A stretch of DNA of 64,000 nt from the NCBI GenBank assembly GCA_964247055.1, contig OZ176051.1, positions 5,270,001-5,334,000 on the forward strand, written 5' to 3'. The translations under genes were made by a program, and so were the position numbers. This document shows positions 25,761-37,440 of this stretch, one piece after another; the stretch's first letter is position 1; each line of letters opens with the position of its first letter. Below the pieces are notes generated by a model, which made no database searches, had not been told where the DNA came from, and was given only the letters and a program-made list of their open reading frames with translations. Source of the stretch: Paragordius varius. Its lineage: Eukaryota; Animalia; Nematomorpha.

Positions 25761-26850
25761 CAGTTGCGGAACTAGAAATTGTGTGCCACCCGCAAGATTT
25801 AAATACTGCCCCCCCTTCCCCCCAAAAAAATCGTTTGTAATTATCTTTTTATCTGGCGCATCACTTAGATTCGTAAAGAAATATTATATTTAAAAATGAT
25901 AATATTTACATGACTTGGTATCCTAAGTCTAAAAGTTTTGCGTTCCTGGTAGGGTTAGTACCCACCCGCTCACCCTAACCATTGCCAATTTCTTAATCTT
26001 AACTTTCATTTTTATAGTTAAAAATAATTAAATAACTTTTTAGGAGCATGTATTAACCAGAAAATCTTTTAAAATTTCGTTTTCTCGATTTTGCATGAGC
26101 AAATTTTTATTATATCTTTTTTATCCATTTGATCCGCCGTCTCCGCTTCAATTACTAATAACGATAAATTGCTCAACCTGTTTTCAGCCATCGTGCTTCT
26201 AATATATTTTTTAATTATTTTTAACTTTGATAATGAATCCGCTGTGGCAACCGTAGCTGGTAAAGTCTTAAACAATAAAAATGCTGTTATAACTTCATCT
26301 CAACTGGTTGAAACTGTTGGGTACTTAATAATTAATAGCTCTGCAAATTGCCTGGCATTATTAATTTAAGCGATTGCATCCTTAAGCGAATCAGAAACTC
26401 ACTATTTGAATCGAAAAATATTCACTCAAATCGTTTGGATAATTAATTATTAAATTTGCTGACCTGATAATTTCTACTTCACTCATTTTGGTTAATTTGA
26501 TGGAAGCAGAAATGAAAACATATCCGCTACGCTATAAAAACTGCCGAAACTGTTTTTTAACTCAAAAATTACAATATCTAAAATTTTATAAAAAGCTCAC
26601 TCTAAACTTATCATCTAAATTAGAAAATCTATAGTCATAGGCAAGTTCATCAATATGTCTTTTAATAATTTTATGGCTCTTATCAGTAAAAACAGGTTTA
26701 ATGCCCCATTTTATTGCCATTTCCATGGCACCTTTTTATCGGTTATAGAGTCACTGCTATATTTTAATAAGTTTTTATTTGAATTTTTGAACTCGGTATT
26801 TGTTTTTATAAGTCTATATGATTTGATTGTAATGTTGTAAAGACTTTATG
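25761..26850 (-). mobile_element. hAT (ZMYM1-like) transposase pseudogene, C-terminal half
   Basis: ORF 26069-26275 reads TLPATVATA..SKLKIIKKYIRSTMAENRLSNLSLLVIE (hAT dimerisation domain). Upstream decayed KRHIDELAYDYRF..FRV. Terminus cagttgcggaacta. Confidence 0.88.
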
Positions 26851-27137
26851 TACTTTATCTAATATATGATATAAAAATATGCAAAGATATATAATTTCAA
26901 AATTACTTATTTTTTAATTAACATAGAATATTCGTTTATCACATAAACACATTGTCAACATGTGCGCGAATATAGGGGCTTATCTATAAATAGTAGCGGG
27001 AAAACTGCTTAAATATAAACTAATTGCTAAATGTTATATTTTCGGAATTCGGTTCGGATAAATAAAATTTTGACAGCTGTTTAGTCAGAATAAGAAAATA
27101 TTTTTCATGGTAGTATGGCTTTTTGAAATTTTAATAA

Positions 27138-27235
27138 CGGGCTTCGAAGCCGTCCCAAAAATTGAAACCAAAACAGAACTCTAATGTAATGGAACAGAAT
27201 CGGAAACAGGAACCAGGTTCCGGTTCGAAGCCCTG
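27138..27235. repeat. Short palindromic MITE-like element rich in GGAACC/GGTTCC; related pieces at ~3060-3180 and ~62165-62200
   Basis: gggcttcgaa...ttcgaagccctg inverted ends; no TSD found. Confidence 0.5.
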
Positions 27236-27989
27236 ATAAATCTGTATAAATGTACTAAATTAATGGAATATAAATGAGCGGACCGCCAAGATTTTTAAAT
27301 TTTGAGAATGGCCCGCTGAAAATTGCCGACTCCTGTTTTAGTGTGTGGTGAAAGTTTATCGAAAATTTTTTGTTTTAGAACTAAAAATAAATTTGAAAAT
27401 AACATGCATCAAAGGTTAAAAACATTAGGAAAATAATGCACATTTGCTAACAAATGTTGGCCTTCACTTTACAGTAAAGTATATGAAATAACATCATTCT
27501 GTAAAATTTAATAAATTTCATTCACAATGTATGCACTAAAAAAACATTTTTTAAAAATTATTGTTATTTCTCATGATTTGCTGTAATATGAATTGGCCAA
27601 CATTAATGTGAGTTGGCCTGCATTAAACTGCATATTGTATAATCAAAATTAATAATTTGAGATTACTTGTTAGAGAATATTGTTAGGATGAATGTTTTTC
27701 TTTTTTTGTTCACTATTAAAACTGCCAGAAATTAACATTCAAATTGGGGTATCTAAATACCCCAGACTAAATTTTACTTAGGATTTTTAAATAACTACTG
27801 AAGGAAACGGTCCCAATTTATATGCTTCTATCCTAATAAAAATTATATAAATATTCCAAAATATCAAATAAAATTTTGTTTTAAAAAAAAGTTTCATGTC
27901 AAACTACTTCGACGCCATTTTTATTTTATTAAATTTTGCAAATATTTACCGGGCCACCTAATATTTACCGACATAAGCGATCTTTGCGC

Positions 27990-28120
27990 ACTAAAAGCTT
28001 GAGACCAGGACGTCTCTTTAAAACCTAGTTTTCCACAGCAATCTCAGATGATCTAAACTTGCTAAACATAAAAGTTGAAGATGCGGGTAGAACCTCTGGG
28101 AAAGACATAATTAAATTCTA
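27990..28120 (+). mobile_element. LINE (RTE-like) 3' fragment
   Basis: RPGRL..T*FSTAISDDLNLLNI resembles the RGRP..W...I..DL C-terminal motif of RTE ORF2. Confidence 0.5.
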
Positions 28121-29029
28121 CCTTAACTCAACTACCTTCGTCTTAAAGAAAGGCGTTGACGGAATATCCCACTGTATGTTAATTTAGAGTCTCGTTATGG
28201 TAACTCTTTATATAGCAACTAGGTTCTAATTATAGGGGCCATATATTTAATCCGGTTTGAATACACTAATGAGCACTAAAGAGTATACAGCTCTATTAGC
28301 AGGAATAAAATATTTCTATTTTATTAGTTACATATTTGATTGATGTTGTAAAGGAAAAAAAACCATGTCCCCATTTCATCATAAAAAATTTGTATTTTAT
28401 AAGTGGTCCGCAACGATTTTAATTTTAATTGAAGGACTGAAATGAATGTAATGTATCCTTCCAAGTGTTCAAAAATCAAAAATAAATGGGCTCTGATACC
28501 AAATTTTTGGATCCGTTCTATAAGCAAGTTCTCTTGAAAGCCAAAATTTGCGCGGATAAGAATTTTTAATACATGATAGATTATGGTATTATCAAGATTA
28601 TTGTTGCAGATTTTTTGCATGTGATTTTCAGCTCGTTAGCCTATCATAGTCTGCTGCTGTTAAAGTCCACGTTTCTGTAGCGTATCATGGCTGGTCTTTT
28701 CCCATTTTGTAAATTTTTATCTTATCATTCGATTGATGTTTTCATTAGTTGAATTATATTTTAATGGATGGAACTTAGCCGATCCTTTGATAATATAAGA
28801 AATGGCATCCCTCAATGAACCATCAGATGCTATGTAACGGTCAAGATTTGGAAAGAACATTACATTTTGTAGTTTGTCTCCATAGTTAATAGTACGAGGA
28901 TTATCTATTGGCGGTGGTATCGATATACCCACATGGTGGGCAGAAAAAATATTAAAATATTAACTAATACTTTAATATTGCAGCATATTTTATGGTTACA
29001 ATTTTTATATATTGTACAGCAAAGTAAGC

Positions 29030-29345
29030 TTAGTTTTACCTCTGCGGCGGACACTCGGCATGAGAACGTAATAGTTTTGTGTTAATTTCCTGTGATTAAG
29101 ATTTAGGTTTTCTTTGTATTGATATTAAGACGGTGTTTTTGTAATTGATTCACATTTATTTGTTTTCGAGTATTGAAATGGTTTCCGTAGTTATATGAGA
29201 TCGTCTGCATAGAGAATTTATCCTTCTCTAATGTCTTTTGCATTGTAGTCAAAGTATGTATATGAAAGGAAGAGGGCTTAAGAGAGCCCCCTGATGCAGC
29301 CCGGAACTAATATTAAAATACTCTGAATCCCAGCAGGTGTAAGAT
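29030..29345 (-). mobile_element. RTE-type LINE RT core fragment
   Basis: The minus strand gives SGLHQGALLSPL and ILYADDLI (RT domains 4 and 5). Confidence 0.85.
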
Positions 29346-29378
29346 CACAGCTGATTGAGTTGGTGTTCAACTATTAAT

Positions 29379-30600
29379 TAACACAACGATTCAAATTGGG
29401 GTATCTAAATACCCCAGACCTTTTTCAAATTAGTATTCTTAAAAAACTACCCAATAGAATGGCCCTAATTTAAATTTATGCTTCTTTCTTTAATAAAATT
29501 ATATAATTAAACCAAATAACTTAATAAAATTTAGTTTTGAAAAAAAATTCTCATCTCGAATTGGTTGGCGCCAGAATTATTTTTGAGTTTTTTTACCAGA
29601 ATACATATTATTTTTAAAGATTCCACAATCCCACCTCCTGCAAACATATCATTTAAAGTATTTTCCGTTACGAAGCATTTATTTTGTTGTTATGAAAGAT
29701 TTTTCAGATAATTTTGATAGTAGCAGAGATTATAATTTAGATGAATCCTCATCTTCGAAGTCAGGTATACAATTATTTTATTTAGATTTTAATATAATTG
29801 AAAATCTAGCAATCCAATATAATTCGTTTTATCCCCGGGCTTAAATCAATTATCCAGGACCCCCTCTATCATAACCTATGATGTAAAAAATTTGATTATG
29901 AAAATCGGGAAACTAGATTAATTTAAACATAGAAGAATTTGATGCCTTTTTAGGTATATTATCTATAAACAAATTTACGTATCTTGATTGCTATGGGCTT
30001 GCGCAAATCATACATGGTCCCTTAAATAATCTTTTCGGCTTTAGAACGGTTTGCAATAATATAAATGTGCCAAAAAGGTATATATACTTATATATTCTAC
30101 AAGGTGCTATTTGCGTCGAAGATCTGTTCACAAAAAATCCATAATATTTTGCCAAGCATGTCAACAAACCATCATGTATTGCGATCCTCTTAAATTGTTT
30201 GCACAAACTATGAAAATAATCTAATTAAATTAATTGGAAAAAAATATTTTATTTACTATATTTATCGATCCATGCTAAATCAGAATCCATTGTGATTATC
30301 CATCGAACAACTCTAAATACTCACCAAAATTAACGGGCCGAATACAATATATTTTTATGGCCACAATATAATGCCGATAAATATTACATATATTGAGAAT
30401 ATAATATACCAATTATTTATAAACCAATTTTGACAAATCTGATTATCATAACAGGCTAATCTAACATCATACCTTTATGTGTTTTAAAATGATTTTTATT
30501 TTAATGCCTTGATGCAAGCTGAGAAACAACAAGATCGCTTTAGGAAATTAAATATTTGAATCGAATTTAACGAAATACCTATTAAACCAGATAAATTTTG
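29379..30600 (+). mobile_element. Highly decayed piggyBac-like element; related end fragments at ~27735-27960 (+) and ~34440-34510 (-)
   Basis: ttaacac...ggggtatctaaatacccc subterminal hairpin, acidic N-terminal MKDFSDNFDSS, and IEEFDAFLGIL / LERFAII fragments resembling PGBD transposase. Confidence 0.45.
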
Positions 30601-31889
30601 AAGGGTTTAAAAATGAGATATTAGCATTATTTTTTAAACAGTCACAAAAAAATAATCTAATAATTGGCATTAAAATAGAGGTGCCCGGGCCGCGGTAAGT
30701 TTCAATGATCTAATAATAAACGATTTACTTCTAGAAGGCAGAAAGCAAGTTTTTATTTATTTTGAGATCGTAGAATAAATAAAAATACATTTTTAGATAA
30801 AAAGGATCAAATATAAGATTATTGGGTAGAATTATTCTGGAAGATCAAGATTATTTTTGATGACCTGTTGACAAAACCATCTTGGTGTATATGATTCTGT
30901 TTCATGATATTAATACTATTTTATAGTAAACCTAAATGTAAAATTTACTTCAGAAAGTACGTGGATTGTTTTCAATTTAAGAAAGTCTCTTTACAAAATT
31001 TATTAGACTAATTTTATAGTTGCTTCTCAAGTTTAATAACTGTCCAATATCTTACATAAGGATATACAAGTATATGTCTTTATAAGCCTATAAATTAGAA
31101 AAACATACTTTTAAAGATTTTTTCTCTCTGTTATGGCGATGCTAAACATAAATAACACTGTGCAACAAAATATGGGGTCAATTTTCTGGTCTCGATTTTC
31201 TAAATATTTTCTGATTCCTTATAGTATTGTGATCAGATTTGCGTGAAAAATTTTTTTACTTACCCAGCTCGTTTTCGAGATATGGGACTTTTTCCATATT
31301 TGGACATATCCAAAATTTTCTTGTTTGTAAATATTTTTCGCTATGTAAACAAATAATATGTGGCTTACATAAGTATTTTTACAAGAAATTACCAATTTAT
31401 CTTCAAAATAAAAAAAAATTAACTCAAAATATCCAATACTTTTTGTTTTAGGGGGCAAAAACCCTCAAAAATTGGGTAACTTAACATTTTTTCACACAAA
31501 TATTTTTTATCAATTTATTAAATCAAAACAAACTTTATTATATGTTCTTGGATGTTAATAATGTTTGTTTAAGTATAAAAATCACTTTGTAATAGCTTTG
31601 TGGACTTTAATTTTTAAAAATAAATTTAATTTTTACAGCTTTTTTGCTGTTTTTTTATGTAAAAAATGATTTAATTTACTCAGCTGTAAATACTAATTTC
31701 ATTTTTTCATCTGAAATTTTTAAATATTTACCATATATGATGTGTTCAACAATACTATTATGCCTTAAAATATAATCCTAACCAAGTAATTGTTTATTTT
31801 AAAATTTAGGATGACTGACGGGTTGTTATGTTTAAATTGACCTTATATTAGTTAGCTTATGAAAATATAATATCCTTCTCTCTTACCTT

Positions 31890-32110
31890 TGGCCGATGAC
31901 AGATTTAATTGAGAAAAAACTAATGAACATAGAAAAGCGGATGCAAAATTTATTCCACCCCAATAAGTTACACTACATCTCAAAGGTAACAATAACAGGG
32001 GTAGACCAACATCTAACTGTGAAAAAACAATAAATAATGATATAAATGTTGCCAATATTGATGATAACGCCTGGCAGGATCGCAAATATTACAGACAGCT
32101 TCTATACTGA
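31890..32110 (+). mobile_element. RTE-like LINE 3' fragment inside the foldback spacer
   Basis: KGNNNRGRPTSNCEKTINNDIN..AWQDRKYYRQ matches the RGRP...D...A.DR..WR motif. Confidence 0.7.
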
Positions 32111-32375
32111 TACAATGGCTAGCCATTACACAAAGACGATACGATACGAAAAGCATTTTTTGCATATTCACCGTCTCTATGAGTGCTTCCTACTCGAACG
32201 GCCCAAAAACGCCCCCCTCTAAATAGTTTACATAGATTTTTGCTGTGAGATACAATATTTTTACCCGTGTAATAAGCGAAAAAAAGAATTTATTATAGCA
32301 TAAAAAATTATATATATCGTGTATAAAATATATTGCATTATATATAGTTTTAAAGCAATGTTGCATTAATATTTA

Positions 32376-33487
32376 GGACCATGTAAATGAGCCAATTTTC
32401 AACCTCATTCACCTGGATTATGAGGAAGCATATGTTTGAGGGAGGTGATTGAGTTTTTGAGGTGGGAGTTTTGAAAATTTTTATCAGTATGATGGATAAC
32501 AGGTCTACACACGATTTAGGTTATTTTGTTCAAATAATTTATAGCATCCATCTTTACGAATACCGTAAATAAATTTAGCAATGGCGCAGGCTTTTTTTGT
32601 ATTTTTATCAATATGATGAAAACAGTTACACGCGATTTATATGCGGGAAAAGTTTTGTTTAAATAATTTCTAGATATATGGATCCGTAAATTTAGCAATA
32701 ACGAAAAGCTTAAGGTCTGGGAGGCTTTAGCCGAAGAAATGATCAATATTTAAATATTTATAAAATATATTCATTTATTGTGTAAAAATAAATTATTAAT
32801 AAAATTATGTCAAATTAAATCGTTTCTCTGATCTACTCCTGTCTGATGGCTATTCAATATAGGTGTTGTCTGATCTTCTGATATAAAGTTTGCTAACTCA
32901 TTTTCGTCAATGTTACCTATCGCTTTTATGGAAATATGTATTACCGAATACTCCGATTATAATTAGTAAGTAGCAGAGTTTCATGTCTAAAATAAACCAA
33001 ATTTAAAAATACTCGATAGTATTCCTGATAATTTTACCATTTAGAATGGTTTCAAGTGAGGAAAAAATTATATGATGAATATTCTAAATTCTTGAAAAAA
33101 CATATCAGTAGTTATACAATGATTTTCTAAATATTCTGTTGAACTTGTATAAACTTCAACTAACTACCATTTCTTGCCTAAATATATAAAAATAAAGCAC
33201 TAAAACATTATAACCTTTAGTAAGCATCTGCCCGAAAAATATTTATTGATACATGTCCAAAATTTCCATAACCTACCATATACATATATTAAATTTACTT
33301 TATTTAGGCTAATAGAGTTTTCAGATTCCAAAAATTCTTCCTAGTTCGAGATATCGGCTTTTGTAATAACCTTAACCCTGAACCAGGATTAAAAATTCTT
33401 CCATCTCAACAGGATGAGTAAGGCTCATTCACTCGGATTATTAAAAGTGGTAAATGAGCCGGCTCAACTGGCCCATTCACATGGCCC
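32376..33487. mobile_element. PIF/Harbinger-type non-autonomous element
   Basis: TIRs ggaccatgtaaatgagcc / ggcccattcacatggccc, with TTA on both flanks. Confidence 0.8.
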
Positions 33488-34559
33488 TTAGATAAAAGCA
33501 TTCACAACCAAGATACTATACATTTTTAGCGTAACAAGGACAAAGGTGTATTATGCACTAAGGTAAGAGAGAAGGATAATATTATATTTACATAAGCTAA
33601 CTAAAATAAGGTAAATTATTAAACATAACAACCCGACTATCATCCTACTTGGTTAGGATTATATTTTAAGGCATAAAATTTAGTATTCTTGAACACAGAA
33701 TCCAGGTATCCAGAAAAGGGTGTGACAGGCTTGCTCCTTACCGTCACTGTATATGATAAATATTTAAAAATTTCAGATGAAAAAATGAAATTAGTACTTA
33801 CAGCTGAGTAAAATAAATCATTTTTTACATAAAAAAACAGCAAAAAAGCTGTAAAAATTAAATTTATTTTTAAAAATTAAAGTCCAAAAGCTATTACAAA
33901 GTGATATTTATACTTAAACAAACATTATTAACATCCAAGAACATATAATAAAGTTTGTTTTGATTTAATAAATTGATAAAAAATATTTGTGTGTAAAAAT
34001 GTTTAGTTACGCAATTTTTGAGGGTTTTTGCCCCCTAAAACAAAAAGTATTGAATATTTTGAGTAAATTTTTTTTTTATTTTGAAGATAAATTGGTAATT
34101 TCTTGTAAAAATACTTATGTAAGCCACATAATATTTGTTTACATAGCGAAAAATATTTACAAACAAGAAAATTTTGGATATGTCCAAATATGGAAAAAGT
34201 CCCATATCTCGAAAACGAGCTGGGTAAGTAAAGAAATTTTTTACGCAAATCTGATCACAATACTATAAGGAATCAGAAAATATTTAGAAAATCGAGTCCA
34301 GAAAAAGTTGTGTCACAGAGTAATAGATATTTGTAAATCGATTGTCTGAAGCATGTAGAGACTTGAATTAAAATGGAAATTTCCTGTTGTATTTAATTAA
34401 TTAGGCATTAATAAATATAAAATAAGCGATAGAACCTAAAAACAATAGGTATTTAGTAAATTATTTGCTTTACAAAAGCCTGGGGTATCCAAATACCCCA
34501 ATTTGAATCGGAGGACTAAAATGAATGTGTTGAATCCAAGTGTTAATTGTATACTCATC

Positions 34560-34880
34560 TTGTTGTAGCGCAGTTACTGAGTCGTAAGCCTTTTCCAAGT
34601 CGACAAAGAGGTGGTTTGGTTTAAGATTTTTTGCACCGTATTTCTCTTCAGTTATCTGAGGAGGAATGTGTAATCTATTGTGGTTTTACCCGCTGAAATG
34701 ATTGGATAATTGATATGAGATGCTGTGTTGAATATCTCCTTTATTTTTGAAGACTGTGTATATTTTCATTTCACCCATTATTGAGTTAAATAAATTTGTT
34801 AAAAGCATGGATATATTGGGTATTAGTTTTGTGATAAAACTTCACTGCTTAAAGTTCGTGGCTTAAAAATTTCGGCTTGT
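34560..34880 (-). mobile_element. RTE-type LINE RT fragment
   Basis: The minus strand gives LTNLFNSIM..TVFKNKGDIQ, GKTTIDYTFLLR and EKY...HLFVDLEKAYDSV. Confidence 0.85.
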
Positions 34881-36489
34881 GTAAAATACAAAATATTTTC
34901 AAGGCAAATTTTTTTTCGAAAATATTGTTTTACTTGTTTATGTAGTTTATGTTATATTGGATATATTTTACAATGAAGCTTCTACTCTCACCAAAAATAT
35001 TATTAAAACTGTGCGTTTTTCTCATTTTCTGATATTAAGCACTTACCACAAAAGTGTAAATAAGGTTCTTAAATCACTGGTAAGAGCGCAAAACCAAAAG
35101 AACCATGATAACTTTAATACATTTTCCTACCAGAATATATATCTATATATATATTTGATCAAATTTTTCTTGTAGTATTTCATCACATATTTATTATACC
35201 CCCGATTTTAGTATGTATAGAGAAGTTACCATAAAAGTTAAATATCTTTTTTAAATCACTAGTAAGTTAAGGCCAAAAGATAGGAATCGTGATGCATTCT
35301 TAATTTGCTATATGGGAATTTCTATTACTATTGATTATATGCAGTGTGTTTTATGCGGTATATTCAAAATTATTAGAATTTATTTTATATTTGTAAACTT
35401 GGCTCATGACCCGTAATGGCCAAAGCCAAAAGCACCCTATTACATATTTCTACCCGAAAATATATCAAAATTATTTTTTTTCGCGCCAAAATTTATTTTT
35501 AATGTCTGAAATCCGTAAAAATAAACAAAATGCGATTTTTTGCACAGAAAACACACCATTGCATTTTTAAATAAAGCTAAAACCTGTCTATCCCGAATAA
35601 ATATATTTTTAAACTCTTTTGTTTATAAAATTATATGACAAAATATGGTATTTACGTTTATATTATTGTCGCAAAATCTATAATTCCTTTTACAGTTTAA
35701 TATTGTTATTCATGCATGTAATCCACATGATGGTTGTTTCAAATGGGCGGTAAATTAAAAAACCTGGCCATGTACAATGTATAAATACAAAACTTGAAAA
35801 GATTATAGATGATGCAGCTTATCAATTAAATCTAAATTTATCCCACTGTCATTTACTATTCTATCCTAAAGTTGATGAATCTCAATATGACCTATCGGAT
35901 ACAATTAGCATAGGTATGGTTTATTTAGTTTATATCTTTTATGATTGTTTATTAGAGCTTCTATTTTACCGTGTATATACAATTTAATACAAGCTACTTA
36001 TAGTTTTTTAAAGTTTTATTTTTATTAGATTTTTTTTAACTTTGTTTATGCATTGTTCAGTTATTCAATAGAGAATGAACTTTTTTCTAAGTTGTATTTT
36101 GGCATTAAGAATACTTTCTACCCTTGCATAAATAAATTTTAGTATAACAAAATATGGTTCTATAATAACAGTTGTTTAAAATCCGTAAGATAACGATAAA
36201 AGAAAATTATATAGAATTAAATGAAAGTATAATTAGAAATTATAAACGATATGTGAAACCCTTCGTTAATAGCAATCTCAGACTAGTTTCGTGCTTGTTA
36301 GCACTCATATTTATACTTTCATTTAATTCCAAATTTTTCTTTATCGTTATCTTACAGATTTTAACAACTGTTTTTACAAAACATAACCAATCCGTTATTT
36401 ACCATTAAAATATGGTTCTGTTTTTAAAAAAGCGTAAAGAAAAATTCTTACTCATCTTATAACTTTTGCACCAAACTACAATATACGGT

Positions 36490-37401
36490 GACATGAGAAC
36501 GGCTACATATAGATATTGCTGGCCCAATCGACGGTTATTACTGGTTGGTAACTATCGATAGCGCTACTCGCTGGGTGGAGGTGGATATGCTCAAAGTGAT
36601 TTCGACTCAGACCATTCTAAATTGCCTAGAAAAGCATATTGCCCGATTTGGATTTCCTCGACAAATCGTAACTGACAATGCCAGCTATTTCGCATCAAAA
36701 GAATTCGAATTGGTGTTACAAAAATTCAAGATTAAACACATCCGAGCCACACCCTATCACCCAAAGACCAACGGGTTGGTAGAAAAAGTGATAAAAACCT
36801 TGAAAAAAACAAATACTACTGCACTAAAGGCGAGTCAATGCATGCCTATGAAGCCATGAACGGTGTTTTATATTCCTACAGAACAAGCTTCCACGCGTCG
36901 ATAAAAAAACCCCTCCGCTTTGTTCCTAAAACGTCAAGTACACAGCCCTATCTCCTGGGTAAATCGACCCCATCTGAATTTATAGAGCATAAATCAGAAC
37001 CACGCCGCGAATTTCAGCCCAATCAACCTATCTACATAAAGAATGAGTTGAATAAGGGGTGGAGGCAGGGGCATATCATAAAAAGAAGGGGGTTCCTATC
37101 TGCGCCAACGATTAGAACATCTTGATAGAGACACTGATCCAGCATCGGGGGAAGATAACATTCCCTCTATTCTTGTCGGCCAGCCTTTACAGCGGTCTCA
37201 AACCACAGAATCTACCGTGGACACCACCTTCACAGAAACCTCGGAAACCAGAACGCAATCTCGCCTATCACCGGAGGAAAGTACCCTTAATCAGAGGGTT
37301 GTAAGAGAAAACCCAAACCCGGAAAGAAGATACCCGTTGCGCAAGTGTCAACCCCCCGATAGGCTAATCTTAGAAGGAAAGTAATGTAAGGGATTTTATT
37401 G
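36490..37401 (+). mobile_element. Ty3/gypsy LTR retrotransposon 3' end: integrase core and C-terminus, PPT and first 17 nt of the 3' LTR
   Basis: ERLHIDIAGP...VTDNASYF...PYHPKTNGLVEK (complete D-D-E, rve) followed by frameshifts; then RRYPLRKCQPPDRLILEGK*, PPT agaaggaaag, and LTR start TGTAAGGG at 37385. Confidence 0.92.
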
Positions 37402-37437
<36 letters not shown>

Positions 37438-37440
37438 ATA
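37402..37440. repeat. Interrupted (TA)n tract at the LTR/EVE junction
   Basis: (TA)n-TTT-(TA)n; the same interruption is present at 43575-43621. Confidence 0.9.

Larger units (their letters stand above)
31156..34320. mobile_element. Foldback-like element with ~700-750 bp inverted arms (31182-31889 vs 33560-34305), CACT-type termini and TAA TSD
   Basis: ORF track entries 31219-31458(-) and 33987-34268(+) give near-identical peptides because the arms are inverted copies. Outer ends taa|cactgtg ... cacagag|taa. Confidence 0.8.

Noticed and set aside
31219-34268. Four ORFs with near-identical peptides suggesting a conserved small gene
   Set aside because: They arise from the two inverted arms of one foldback element and are open in overlapping antisense frames.
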